NCBI GenBank assembly: GCA_903927905.1
Contig: CAIYOY010000145.1
Location: 3,871 to 67,870 of the forward strand
Direction of reading: 5' to 3'
Length of the DNA: 64,000 nt
Origin: an uncultured Verrucomicrobiales bacterium
GTDB lineage: Bacteria > Verrucomicrobiota > Verrucomicrobiia > Limisphaerales > Palsa-1400
In this document: positions 43,409-52,467 of the stretch, in pieces
How positions within the stretch are numbered: position 1 is the stretch's first letter
Layout of the letters: the number at the start of each line of letters is the position of its first letter
The notes under the pieces: model-generated
What the model saw: the letters and a program-made list of their open reading frames with translations, nothing else
Databases searched by the model: none
Told to the model about the DNA's origin: nothing
Program-made: the position numbers and the translations under genes

Positions 43409-43504
43409 AGCACAGCGATAATGGAAAGGTCGCGCGCGCAAAAGGAGAAAAATTGCGGAAAGACCCAAATACGCTATATTTTCCAGGCTGATTTTCTATT
43501 TTCT

Positions 43505-46288
43505 ATGCGCCGATATGCTGTCTTAATTGCCGGATTATTGTGGCTCTCCGTTCGGGCCGCTTCAGCGGACGCGTTTGTCGGTTATACCATCGTGCCGGCG
43601 TTCAGCAACCTGACCTTTTATTCGCCGGTGGCGCTGGCTTCTCCGCCCGGTGAAACGAACCGGCTTTTTATTCTGGAAAAAAACGGGCGCGTCACGGTCA
43701 TCACCAATCTGGCCGCTCCCAACCGAACGGTCTTCATGGCCTTGACCAACAAATTGGACACCAGCAGCGAATGTGGGTTGGTCGGACTGGCCTTTCATCC
43801 CAACTACGCGGTGAACGGATATTTTTATTTGTTCTTCACGCCGACCAATTCCGGCGGCACACGCTTCGACCGCGTTTCACGGTTTCAAACCGATCCGACG
43901 AATCCGAACGCCGGATTGCCTGGCTCGGAACAAATCATCCTTTCGCAGCTCGATCAGGCGCCGAATCATCAAGGGGCGGACATCCATTTCGGGCCGGATG
44001 GTTATTTGTATGTGCCGCTGGGTGATGAAGGCGGAGCGAATGATCAATACGCCAACAGCCAGCGGATCAATAAAGATTTCTTCTCCGGCATCCTGCGGAT
44101 TGACGTGGATAAACGTCCGGGCAACCTGCGGCCCAATCCCCATCCGGCCGTCACGACAAATTATCTGGTGCCGGCGGACAATCCTTTTGTCGGCGCGACG
44201 AGCTTCAACGGCCAAGCGGTCAATCCGACGCAGGTCCGCACCGAATTTTGGGCGGTTGGCCTGCGCAATCCGTGGCGCATCTCCTTCGATGAAGCGACCG
44301 GTTTGCTCTACTGCGGCGATGTGGGGCAGAATACGCGGGAGGAAATTGATATCATCACCAAGGGAGGAAATTACGGCTGGAATTACCGCGAAGGCACAAT
44401 CGCCCGTCCCGGTTCCCCTGCTCCACCGGCGGGTTTCTCCAGCATCAATCCGATTCTTGATTATGCCCACGGCACGGGAACGAACCGGGGCGATTGCGTC
44501 ATCGGCGGAGTGGTTTATCGCGGACAAAAATTGACGCGCCTCATTGGCTCTTACGTTTTTTGCGATTTTGTGGATGGAAACTTCTGGACGTTGAATTATC
44601 AAGGGGCATCGCCGGTGACTTCCTCGCTCATCGGTTATGAACCGGGAGTTTGCGCATTCGGCAAAGATCCACGCGATGGGGAAATCCTGCTGGCTTCATA
44701 CACTGGCAACACGATCAAAAAACTGGTCTTAAAACCGGATCAGTCGCCGACCGTCCGGCTGCTTTCGCCCACCAATAGTTTTCGCATCACCAACGGCCCG
44801 GTGACTTTTACCGGTCGCGCGAGCGACGACAGCCAGGTCACACAGGTATTGTATCAAGTTAACGGTGGCGATTTCCAGACCGCCAACGGCACAACAAATT
44901 GGACTTTCACCACCGACCTCGCGGCAGGCACCAATCATATTGTCATCAAGGCGCTGGATGACAGCGGACATGAATCCGCGCCACTGGCCATCACCCGGTA
45001 TTTTGTCGTCACCAATCAACTCACGGTGATGATCAACGGCACCGGCTTGACTACTCCCAATTACAATGGGAAATTTCTTGAGATCGGGCGATGGTACACC
45101 AATAGGGCAATGCCTGGGACGAGATTCGTGTTCACCAATTGGAGCGGTGGCGTATCGGCCACGAATGCCACCCTGGCCTTTTTCATGCAGTCCAACCTGG
45201 TGATCCAAGCCAATTTTATCACCAACCCATTTCTGGCGGTGCGCGGAATTTATAACGGACTTTTCCTTCCGACCAATGCCGTGGCCTCGGACAATGCGGG
45301 TTTCATCAATGTGATCCTGACCGGCGCCGGTGGTTACACCGGCACATTAAAGGTGGACGGGATCGCCTACTCGTTGAGCGGGAGTTTTTCGTTGGACGGA
45401 ATTTCGCGATTGTCCGTGCCGCGTTTTGGGAAGTCCACCTTGCAACTTTCCCTGCAATTGAATCTGGGCGCGCCGAATGATTCCCTGCAAGGCGCAGTGG
45501 GTGACGCCAACTGGTCGGCCAACATTCTGGCTTATCGGCAGGTTTATAGCGCGACCACAAATCCGGCGACGACTTGGGCCGGTCAATATACTTTATTGTT
45601 GCCGCCGGACACGAATGGACCGCCGGATCTGCGTGGATTTGGTTACGGCCTCGGAACGATCAGCCTCGGTGGAAACCTGACGTTGAATGGAAGCCTCGCC
45701 GATGGCGGCAACATCAGTCAAACTGTGCCCGTTTCTCAAAATGGCCAATGTCCGATTTACGTGCCGCTATATCCCGACCAAGCGTGGTTGACGAATATTT
45801 CCGTAATCGGCCTTCGCGCCGAAAATAAAGGGTTCCTGCTGGGCTGGTTATCGGTGTCAAACGCGCCCGATTCAATCATGACCGGCAATTTGAACTGGGT
45901 TAAAAAGTCGTGGACCAATGCGCTTTGGCCGTCGGGTTTCACCAACATTCTGGCCGTGGCCGGCTCGCGCTTTCACCCTCCAGGCAAAGGCAGTCGAGTG
46001 ATGAACTTTACTAATTTTTCCGCGACTGTCTCGGGCGGCAGCTTGCCCTCAAGTCTGACAGCTTCCCTCCTGTTGGCCACGAATAATAAAATCAGTTTTA
46101 TCAGCTCAAACATCCCTTCTTTCTCGCTGCAATTGAACCTGACCAACGGAGCCGTGTCCGGACGTTTCAGTGATGCCAACGCCGGAACGAACGCGATCAA
46201 AGGCGCTTTATTGCAACAGCAAAATTACGGCGCGGGATTTTTTATCGGAACAAATTCTCCGGGAGTTTTTCAATTGCAGGCTCAATAA
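43505..46288 (+). CDS. Secreted PQQ-dependent sugar (glucose/sorbosone) dehydrogenase-like beta-propeller fused to Ig-like and uncharacterised C-terminal domains
   Basis: It has a signal peptide (MRRYAVLIAGLLWLSVRAASA). Propeller motifs are GLVGLAFHPNY, NHQGADIHFGPDGYLYVPLGDEG, GILRIDVD, WAVGLRNPWR and GGNYGWNYREG. An Ig-like region (VRLLSPTN...) follows. The upstream 903 nt of the ORF-track entry are antisense to the previous gene. Confidence 0.75.
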   Translation: MRRYAVLIAGLLWLSVRAASADAFVGYTIVPAFSNLTFYSPVALASPPGETNRLFILEKNGRVTVITNLAAPNRTVFMALTNKLDTSSECGLVGLAFHPNYAVNGYFYLFFTPTNSGGTRFDRVSRFQTDPTNPNAGLPGSEQIILSQLDQAPNHQGADIHFGPDGYLYVPLGDEGGANDQYANSQRINKDFFSGILRIDVDKRPGNLRPNPHPAVTTNYLVPADNPFVGATSFNGQAVNPTQVRTEFWAVGLRNPWRISFDEATGLLYCGDVGQNTREEIDIITKGGNYGWNYREGTIARPGSPAPPAGFSSINPILDYAHGTGTNRGDCVIGGVVYRGQKLTRLIGSYVFCDFVDGNFWTLNYQGASPVTSSLIGYEPGVCAFGKDPRDGEILLASYTGNTIKKLVLKPDQSPTVRLLSPTNSFRITNGPVTFTGRASDDSQVTQVLYQVNGGDFQTANGTTNWTFTTDLAAGTNHIVIKALDDSGHESAPLAITRYFVVTNQLTVMINGTGLTTPNYNGKFLEIGRWYTNRAMPGTRFVFTNWSGGVSATNATLAFFMQSNLVIQANFITNPFLAVRGIYNGLFLPTNAVASDNAGFINVILTGAGGYTGTLKVDGIAYSLSGSFSLDGISRLSVPRFGKSTLQLSLQLNLGAPNDSLQGAVGDANWSANILAYRQVYSATTNPATTWAGQYTLLLPPDTNGPPDLRGFGYGLGTISLGGNLTLNGSLADGGNISQTVPVSQNGQCPIYVPLYPDQAWLTNISVIGLRAENKGFLLGWLSVSNAPDSIMTGNLNWVKKSWTNALWPSGFTNILAVAGSRFHPPGKGSRVMNFTNFSATVSGGSLPSSLTASLLLATNNKISFISSNIPSFSLQLNLTNGAVSGRFSDANAGTNAIKGALLQQQNYGAGFFIGTNSPGVFQLQAQ

Positions 46289-47190
46289 GGGGCGATCACT
46301 CGGTAGAACCGTTGCAAATTCGTCGCCGGACCGTCGGTCACGATAATATCGGTGGCGACGCCGGGAGGAGGAATCGAGATCAGGTTGGACCATCCGCCTG
46401 AAACAAGATCGCTGATGTATTGCACAGTATAGCTTTGCCCGGCAACGGCCGGGAAGGAGAATTGAAATTGATTTCCGGTCCGCGCGATATTTTGCAGAGT
46501 CGGAGCAGCGGGCGGACCAGACGCCACCGTGTACGTAATCGTCAGCAATGGCCCGATGACTCCGGCTTCACGCGAGGCAAACCGACGCGAAGTTTGGCCA
46601 ACACCTTCTGATTCTGAAAACATGGCCCAGCCAAAATTAGTGGATGGGTTCAGCAACAACTGTTGGACATCCGCGACCATGTTGGTGGTGGTGACAAAAG
46701 TGTAGGCGCCGATAGCGTCTATTGGAACCGAGGAGCTGACCGTGGGTGAATATTCATTTGAAATCGCGCCGCCGGGCGTGGACCAGGAAACGGAGGGATG
46801 GGCGCGATGGTTCCAAGTAGATTCGCCGGTTTTGGCCGCCTGCCCCATGCTTGTCGTCCCCGTGCCTTCGGTCCAACCCACCAGCATCCGCCGCAAATCA
46901 AAGGTGGATCCAACCCCGCCACCGCCCGGAACGATGATGATATTCACCGTGAGCGCGGCGGATTGGATGACGGCATTGGTGGGCAATTGGCCCGTCAGAT
47001 CAAATCGCAAAAGAGCCCGGCTGCGGAGACCGCTGGTGTTCGATCCAGCCACGCAATTCGTGGCGCCACCGAGGTTGTTGTCGGGGTTTTGCTCGAACAA
47101 GCTGGTGTCGGCCACCGGCGAAAGAACGATGCCGGCCGCCTGCCCGGCCATGGCCCAGCCCACCATTAGAATGACGATGATCGGTCTCAT
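46282..47190 (-). CDS. Secreted DNRLRE-domain protein with C-terminal beta-sandwich module
   Basis: A signal peptide is followed by LSPVADTSLFEQNPDNNLGG...SRALLRFDLTG..P.NAVIQSAALT (DNRLRE-type). The C-terminus is GNQFQFSFPAVAGQSYTVQYISDL..GGWSNL...LQRFYRVIAPY. Confidence 0.7.
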   Translation of the reverse strand: MRPIIVILMVGWAMAGQAAGIVLSPVADTSLFEQNPDNNLGGATNCVAGSNTSGLRSRALLRFDLTGQLPTNAVIQSAALTVNIIIVPGGGGVGSTFDLRRMLVGWTEGTGTTSMGQAAKTGESTWNHRAHPSVSWSTPGGAISNEYSPTVSSSVPIDAIGAYTFVTTTNMVADVQQLLLNPSTNFGWAMFSESEGVGQTSRRFASREAGVIGPLLTITYTVASGPPAAPTLQNIARTGNQFQFSFPAVAGQSYTVQYISDLVSGGWSNLISIPPPGVATDIIVTDGPATNLQRFYRVIAPY

Positions 47191-47255
47191 TGAAAAACAG
47201 AGGACAAGAGAATTATCTCTTGCCCATCGTTATATATTTGCAAGTATAACGAAGA

Positions 47256-47966
47256 ATGACCAGACGAAATTTCACCATGGCACGGGCCTTTACCCTGATT
47301 GAGCTGCTGGCGGTCATCGCCATCATCGCCCTGCTGGCGGCGCTGCTGCTGCCCGCCCTCGGCCGGTCGAAGGAAAACGCCCTCCGCGCCGAATGTGTCA
47401 ACAATCTGCATCAATGGAGCATGGCCCTGTCTCTCTATCTGGCGGAAAACAAGGATGTCATTCCCCGCCGCGGCCAGGGAGTGCAGCCGCTGGTCAATCT
47501 GTCGCGGCCGGAAGATTGGTTCAATTGCTTGCCGCCCATGTTGAGCCTGCCCTCCTATCAAACCCTGGCCACTAATGGAAACGTTCCAAAACCAGGCAGC
47601 AAATCCGTTTGGGTTTGCCCAACGGCCCTGCCACTTCCCCAGTACGCCAACTTCATGCCCTATGCCATGAACATGTATTTGTCTCCGTGGGATTTTGATC
47701 GTCCGCATAATCTGCGCGAAATCCCCCAGCCGTCTTCGCTGGCATTCATGGCTGACGGCCCGTGCGCCTGGTGCGCCACGGTGCCTTCGATCATGGGTTA
47801 TTCCGTCCAAGCCCGGCACAGCAAAAAAGCCAACGTCGCTTTGCTCGATGGGCATGTCCAGGCGTTCTCCGGTGATTATTTGGGGTGCGGCCTGGGCGAC
47901 AAAGAACACCCTGATATCCGCTGGCAGACGGGGACGCCGGGAATGAATCAGCCACCAGTGCCTTAA
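47256..47966 (+). CDS. Prepilin-type N-terminal cleavage/methylation domain protein, DUF1559 family (H-X9-DG)
   Basis: [25 protein letters not shown] and the C-terminal [16 protein letters not shown] (H-x9-DG). Confidence 0.85.
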   Translation: MTRRNFTMARAFTLIELLAVIAIIALLAALLLPALGRSKENALRAECVNNLHQWSMALSLYLAENKDVIPRRGQGVQPLVNLSRPEDWFNCLPPMLSLPSYQTLATNGNVPKPGSKSVWVCPTALPLPQYANFMPYAMNMYLSPWDFDRPHNLREIPQPSSLAFMADGPCAWCATVPSIMGYSVQARHSKKANVALLDGHVQAFSGDYLGCGLGDKEHPDIRWQTGTPGMNQPPVP

Positions 47967-48017
47967 AACGATCAGAACTCGTTGCTTTTGGGGCGGGGTT
48001 TGTGTCATGTATTCTCC

Positions 48018-49199
48018 ATGTCGAAACAACATCAACCCGGCCCCGGCACCCAAGCGGTTTGGGCCGGAGAAGAAAAAAATTTATGGTGGGGCGCGACACA
48101 GGTCCCCGTCGTGCATAGCGTTGCATTTGGCTATCCCGATGTGGATGTCTGGCGCGACGTGGCCCTCGGCCGCACGCCCGGCCATATTTATGGGCGCAAT
48201 ACCAACCCAACCGTGGCCGCGTTTGAAAACAAGGTCCGGATTTTGGAAAACGCCGAGGCCAGCACCAGTTTTGCCTCGGGCATGGCGGCCATCAGCAATA
48301 TTCTTTTCACCCTGCTTTCACCGGGGGACCGGGTCGTTTCAGTCAAAGACACTTACGGCGGGACCAATAAAGTTTTTCTCGAATTTCTTCCCCGATTCCA
48401 GGTCAAGGTGGAATTGTGCGACACGGGGAACCACGAAAAAATCGAAGCCGAGATCGCCAAAGGTTGCCGGATTCTTTATTTGGAAACGCCGACCAATCCG
48501 ACGCTGAAAGTGGTCGATATCGCACGCTTGGCCAAAGCGGCGCATCAAGCCGGAGCCATTGTCGTGGCGGACAACACCTTTGCCACTCCGATCAATCAAA
48601 ACCCACTGGCGCTCGGGGCTGATCTGGTGCTGCACAGCGCGACCAAATACCTCGGTGGTCACGCGGATGCATTGGGCGGCGTGGTCTGCGGCAGCAAAGG
48701 TTTGGTGGAAAAAATCTATCATTTCCGGGAAATCACCGGCGCGGCGCTGGATCCGATGGCCGCTTATCTCTTGCTGCGCGGCATGAAGACGCTGCATCTG
48801 CGCATTCGCCAGCAAAACGAAAGCGCCGGAAAAATCGCGCGCTTTCTGGCCGCGCAACCCGAAGTCAGCCAGGTGTTTTATCCCGGCTTGGAATCGCACC
48901 AACATCATGATGTCGCCCGGCGGCAGATGCGCGGTTTTGGCGGCATGTTGAGTTTCATGTTAAAGGGCGGATTCGATGCCGTGCGCGAATTCCTACCGCG
49001 CCTGCGATATGCCCATCTCGCCGCCAATCTCGGCGCGGTGGAAACCATCGCCGGACCGCCGGCCACCACCAGCCACGTCGAATGCACGGCGGAAGAACGC
49101 GCGGCCATGGGCATACCCGAGGGGTTGATCCGCTATTCCGTCGGGATTGAAGAGACGGAAGATTTGATCGCGGATCTGCAACAAGCGCTGAAAAAATAA
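48018..49199 (+). CDS. Cys/Met-metabolism PLP-dependent enzyme (cystathionine gamma-synthase / beta-lyase / methionine gamma-lyase family)
   Basis: YGRNTNPTV, DTYGGT, VVADNTFATP and the PLP lysine in HSATKYLGGHAD. The C-terminal IRYSVGIEETEDLIADL is also present. Confidence 0.85.
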   Translation: MSKQHQPGPGTQAVWAGEEKNLWWGATQVPVVHSVAFGYPDVDVWRDVALGRTPGHIYGRNTNPTVAAFENKVRILENAEASTSFASGMAAISNILFTLLSPGDRVVSVKDTYGGTNKVFLEFLPRFQVKVELCDTGNHEKIEAEIAKGCRILYLETPTNPTLKVVDIARLAKAAHQAGAIVVADNTFATPINQNPLALGADLVLHSATKYLGGHADALGGVVCGSKGLVEKIYHFREITGAALDPMAAYLLLRGMKTLHLRIRQQNESAGKIARFLAAQPEVSQVFYPGLESHQHHDVARRQMRGFGGMLSFMLKGGFDAVREFLPRLRYAHLAANLGAVETIAGPPATTSHVECTAEERAAMGIPEGLIRYSVGIEETEDLIADLQQALKK

Positions 49200-49261
49200 G
49201 CTGATCATATTTCCGTTACTTGGCCGGAAAAAGGGCTTAGGCTGGGCGGCGTAATATCGCC

Positions 49262-51370
49262 ATGAAGAAGCTGCTGGTCGCCATTGCCATTCTTGCCGCC
49301 GTCTATTTGGGGGGCATGTTCGGCTTGTCGTTTGTGTCGCCTGGAGGAGGGGGCAATCTGCAGATATTTTTAGCGATGGTCAGCCTGACGGTGCTGGTGG
49401 CCGCATTTATTTTAAGTGAGCGCCAGCGGGTGGCCACCGCCCTGCGCCAGTCGGAACTGCAACTCCGCTTCGTTTGGGAAAACTCCATTGACGGCATGCG
49501 CCTGATGGACGAGGCCGGCCTCATGCTGGCGGTGAACACCGCCTATTGTCAACTCATGGAGCGTCCACGCGAATCACTCCAAGGACATTCCGTGGCCATC
49601 CTTTATCCTCCGGATCGTCGTGAGGAAATCCTCCAGCATCATCACGAGGATTTCCGAAACCGTTCTTTTGATCCGCATGTGGAAAAAGAGATGACCCTGG
49701 CCGACGGTCGAAAAATCCACCTCGAACTTTCCAATTCCTTTCTCGATCTCGAGGGACAGCAACCCCTCCTCCTGACCATTTTTCGGGATATCACCGAACG
49801 CAAACAAAGCGAAGCGGTCCGGGCCAAAATCTCGCAACTCGGACAGAATTTGAGCACGGCGCGGTCAGCGCTCGAAGCGGCCCGCGCCATCGGCGAGGTG
49901 ACCAATGATCTGTTTGGCTGGGATGCCTTTACCCTGAACCTTTATACCTACGAAAATGATCAAGTCGCCATTTCTCCCATTCTGAATGTGGACACCATCA
50001 ATGGTAAGCGTGAAGAAATTTCCAATGACGAGATCGGACAGAATTTTTCCCAGCGCGACCGCGATATGCTGCAAAGCAGTGGTGAACTCGTGCTGAAGAA
50101 GGAGCCGATCACCATGTTGCCGGACATCTCTCCCTTTGGCGACAAGTCTCGTCCTTCGGCTTCGCTCATGTTTGTCCCCACCCGCAATCGCAACCGGGTG
50201 GTCGGCGTGTTGTCCGTGCAAAGTTATTCGCTGAACGCCTATAATCAGGAAGATTTGCGCGTCCTGCAAACCCTGGCCGATTATTGCGGCGCCTCGCTCG
50301 AACGCGTTCGGGCCGAAACCGCCTTGCGGGGCAGCGACGCCCTCAAGGGCGCCATCATGGAATCGGCCCTCGACGGCATCATCACCATGGATCGCGAAGG
50401 GAAAATCATGGAGTTCAATTCCGCCGCCCAAAAAACTTTCGGCTGTTCCCGGGCCGAGGCCCTGGGGCGCGAGATGGCTGGATTCCTTCTCCCTGCCCCC
50501 TTCTCCGATCGCCTGCGCGATGGACTCATACACTATCTGGCCACGGGCGAAACCACCTTTCTCGGCGAACGCATCGAAATCATGGCCCGGCGGCTGGACG
50601 GGGTGGAATTCCCCGCCGAACTGGCGGTCAGTCCGCTGCAAATTGAGGGCGGCCCGATTTTTACCGGCTATTTGCGCGACATCACCGAACGCAAAAGCAC
50701 CGAAAAAATGCTGCGCGAAATGCCCGGCCAGATCCTCCAGGCCGAAGAAGCGGAACGCATGCGCGTGGCCCGGGAATTGCACGACAGCGTCAATCAAATT
50801 CTTTCCGCGACCAAATTCCGGCTGGATTCCGTGGATGAATCCGGCCCGCCGCCCGCCGGTCCCGCCCTGGAAAATTTCAACAAAGCCAGGGAATTACTCG
50901 ACAAGGCCATGCACGAGGTCTGGCGCATTTCCCGCAACTTGCGCCCCAGCGAACTGGACGACCTGGGCCTGATTCCCGCCGTGCGCAGTTTGTGCCATGA
51001 GTTTGAACATCGAACCGGGATCAAGGTGGAATTGCAACTGGCCCGGACCACCCCGCTTCCGCCGGGAATTGAATTGACCCTGTACCGCATCGTGCAGGAA
51101 GCTTTGAACAATGTGGAAAAACATTCTGAAGCAACCGAAGTCAAACTGTCCCTGTCCCAGGCAAACCCCTGGATCACTATGAACATTGAGGACAATGGAG
51201 TCGGCCTGCAATCGTCCGCCCCCCAACGCAAATCCGGCATGGGGCTGGTCGGGATGCAGGAACGAACGGCCTTTGCCGGGGGGACGGTGGAAGTCAGATC
51301 CATCCCCGACCATGGCACCATCATCGAAGTCAAACTACCGGCCGGGGTCAACGGAACGGAACCCGCATGA
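49262..51370 (+). CDS. Sensor histidine kinase (TM - PAS - GAF - PAS - HisKA_3 - HATPase), NarL-partner type
   Basis: There are N-terminal TM helices. The H-box is RVARELHDSVNQILSA, the N-box is QEALNNVEKHS and the G-box is IEDNGVGL...GMGLVGMQER. Two DITERK PAS ends flank a central GAF-like region. Confidence 0.88.
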   Translation: MKKLLVAIAILAAVYLGGMFGLSFVSPGGGGNLQIFLAMVSLTVLVAAFILSERQRVATALRQSELQLRFVWENSIDGMRLMDEAGLMLAVNTAYCQLMERPRESLQGHSVAILYPPDRREEILQHHHEDFRNRSFDPHVEKEMTLADGRKIHLELSNSFLDLEGQQPLLLTIFRDITERKQSEAVRAKISQLGQNLSTARSALEAARAIGEVTNDLFGWDAFTLNLYTYENDQVAISPILNVDTINGKREEISNDEIGQNFSQRDRDMLQSSGELVLKKEPITMLPDISPFGDKSRPSASLMFVPTRNRNRVVGVLSVQSYSLNAYNQEDLRVLQTLADYCGASLERVRAETALRGSDALKGAIMESALDGIITMDREGKIMEFNSAAQKTFGCSRAEALGREMAGFLLPAPFSDRLRDGLIHYLATGETTFLGERIEIMARRLDGVEFPAELAVSPLQIEGGPIFTGYLRDITERKSTEKMLREMPGQILQAEEAERMRVARELHDSVNQILSATKFRLDSVDESGPPPAGPALENFNKARELLDKAMHEVWRISRNLRPSELDDLGLIPAVRSLCHEFEHRTGIKVELQLARTTPLPPGIELTLYRIVQEALNNVEKHSEATEVKLSLSQANPWITMNIEDNGVGLQSSAPQRKSGMGLVGMQERTAFAGGTVEVRSIPDHGTIIEVKLPAGVNGTEPA

Positions 51371-52026
51371 GCAAAAGCGATTCAAATGTCATCAAAATCA
51401 TCCTGGCCGACGATCATCCCATCGTCCGCGAAGGCATTCGCGCCCGGCTCTCCAGTCAATCAAACATAAAAATTGTGGCCGAGGCGGAAAATGGAAAAGA
51501 GGCCGTTCGATTGGTCCAAGAATTATCCCCTGCTCTTATCCTGATGGACATCAACATGCCGGAGATGAACGGACTGGAAGCGACCAAGGCCATCAGCCGT
51601 GTGGCGCCCGCGACCAAGGTGCTGGTCTTGAGCATGCATCAGGACCGCGAATATGTGGTCGAGATAATGCGTTCGGGCGCGCGCGGCTATGTTCTGAAAA
51701 ACAGTCCGCCCAACGAATTGATCCGCGCCATTGAATCGGTTCATTCCGGCCAGGCCTTTTTTAGTCCGGCCATTTCCACCGTCCTCCTGCAGGAACTTTC
51801 CCGTCCGGAAAAATCAGCCGCCACCGAACTTTCTGAGCGCGAACGCGAAGTCCTCGGTTTGGTGGCCTCGGGATTGAGTAACAAGGAAATCGCCGACAAA
51901 CTAGGAGTGGGTGTCCGGACCATTGAGACTCATCGTGAACGACTTATGCGGAAACTAGACATCCATTCCATCGCCGGCCTGACTAAGTTCGCCATCACCC
52001 ACGGGCTGTTAAAGCTGAATAATTAG
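51367..52026 (+). CDS. Response regulator, NarL/LuxR family
   Basis: An ATGA overlap joins it to the kinase gene. The receiver is KIILADDHPIVREG...LILMDINMP. The LuxR HTH is LSEREREVLGLVASGLSNKEIADKLGVGVRTIETHR. Confidence 0.92.
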   Translation: MSKSDSNVIKIILADDHPIVREGIRARLSSQSNIKIVAEAENGKEAVRLVQELSPALILMDINMPEMNGLEATKAISRVAPATKVLVLSMHQDREYVVEIMRSGARGYVLKNSPPNELIRAIESVHSGQAFFSPAISTVLLQELSRPEKSAATELSEREREVLGLVASGLSNKEIADKLGVGVRTIETHRERLMRKLDIHSIAGLTKFAITHGLLKLNN

Positions 52027-52240
52027 CTTGAGTTTGTCCGTACAGTACCCGACAATAAAATCCGTATTTAGATGGGTTGTTTTGACCTCCGATAACGGTA
52101 GGATGTCACATGTAAACCGAGTTCTTTGAGAAGATGCGTTAGCTGGGATCAATTTGTCTCCGATCCGTTCCTGAGCGCCCCCCCCAGCGCGCAAATGATT
52201 GAACATTAATTGTTCACCCTTCTCTGAAGTTCGGGTTACC

Positions 52241-52272
52241 TTGAGGCGCCGGATCGCCTCAAGCCGATTTTT
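52241..52272 (+). terminator. Rho-independent terminator-like hairpin plus T-run
   Basis: TTGAGGCG-CCGGAT-CGCCTCAA is followed by GCCGATTTTTT. It lies 215 nt downstream of the response-regulator stop. Confidence 0.65.
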
Positions 52273-52280
52273 TAGAACTT

Positions 52281-52392
52281 CGCAGCGGCTGTAGGTGTGC
52301 GGTTTCGTTGGGTTATCGCACGTCAGGCCCCTGTAAAGCCAAACCACCCTGCTTGGGCAACCAGGCAGGGCTTCCTTTGTACGGCGGCTGCG
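52281..52392 (+). promoter_or_regulatory. Candidate structured 5' leader (three-stem junction) upstream of the nucleoside permease
   Basis: A closing stem pairs CGCAGCGGCTGTA (52281-52293) with TACGGCGGCTGCG (52380-52392). It has 11 Watson-Crick pairs, one G-U and one mismatch. An inner hairpin pairs GTGCG (52297-52301) with CGCAC (52317-52321). A 10-bp hairpin CCCTGCTTGG-GCAA-CCAGGCAGGG lies at 52347-52370 with a GNRA loop. Confidence 0.4.
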
Positions 52393-52467
52393 CCCGCTCG
52401 ATAAAGTTTGAAATCTTTCTCCTTCTCTCCGCCAGCCTGCTCCGGTAGAGTCACCCCAATTCACGCC

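Noticed and set aside
42602-43504. The first 301 codons of the 1228-aa ORF-track entry 42602-46288.
   Set aside because: This part is antisense to the periplasmic-binding-protein-like gene. A clean signal peptide begins at the in-frame ATG 43505, so the real gene is 43505-46288.
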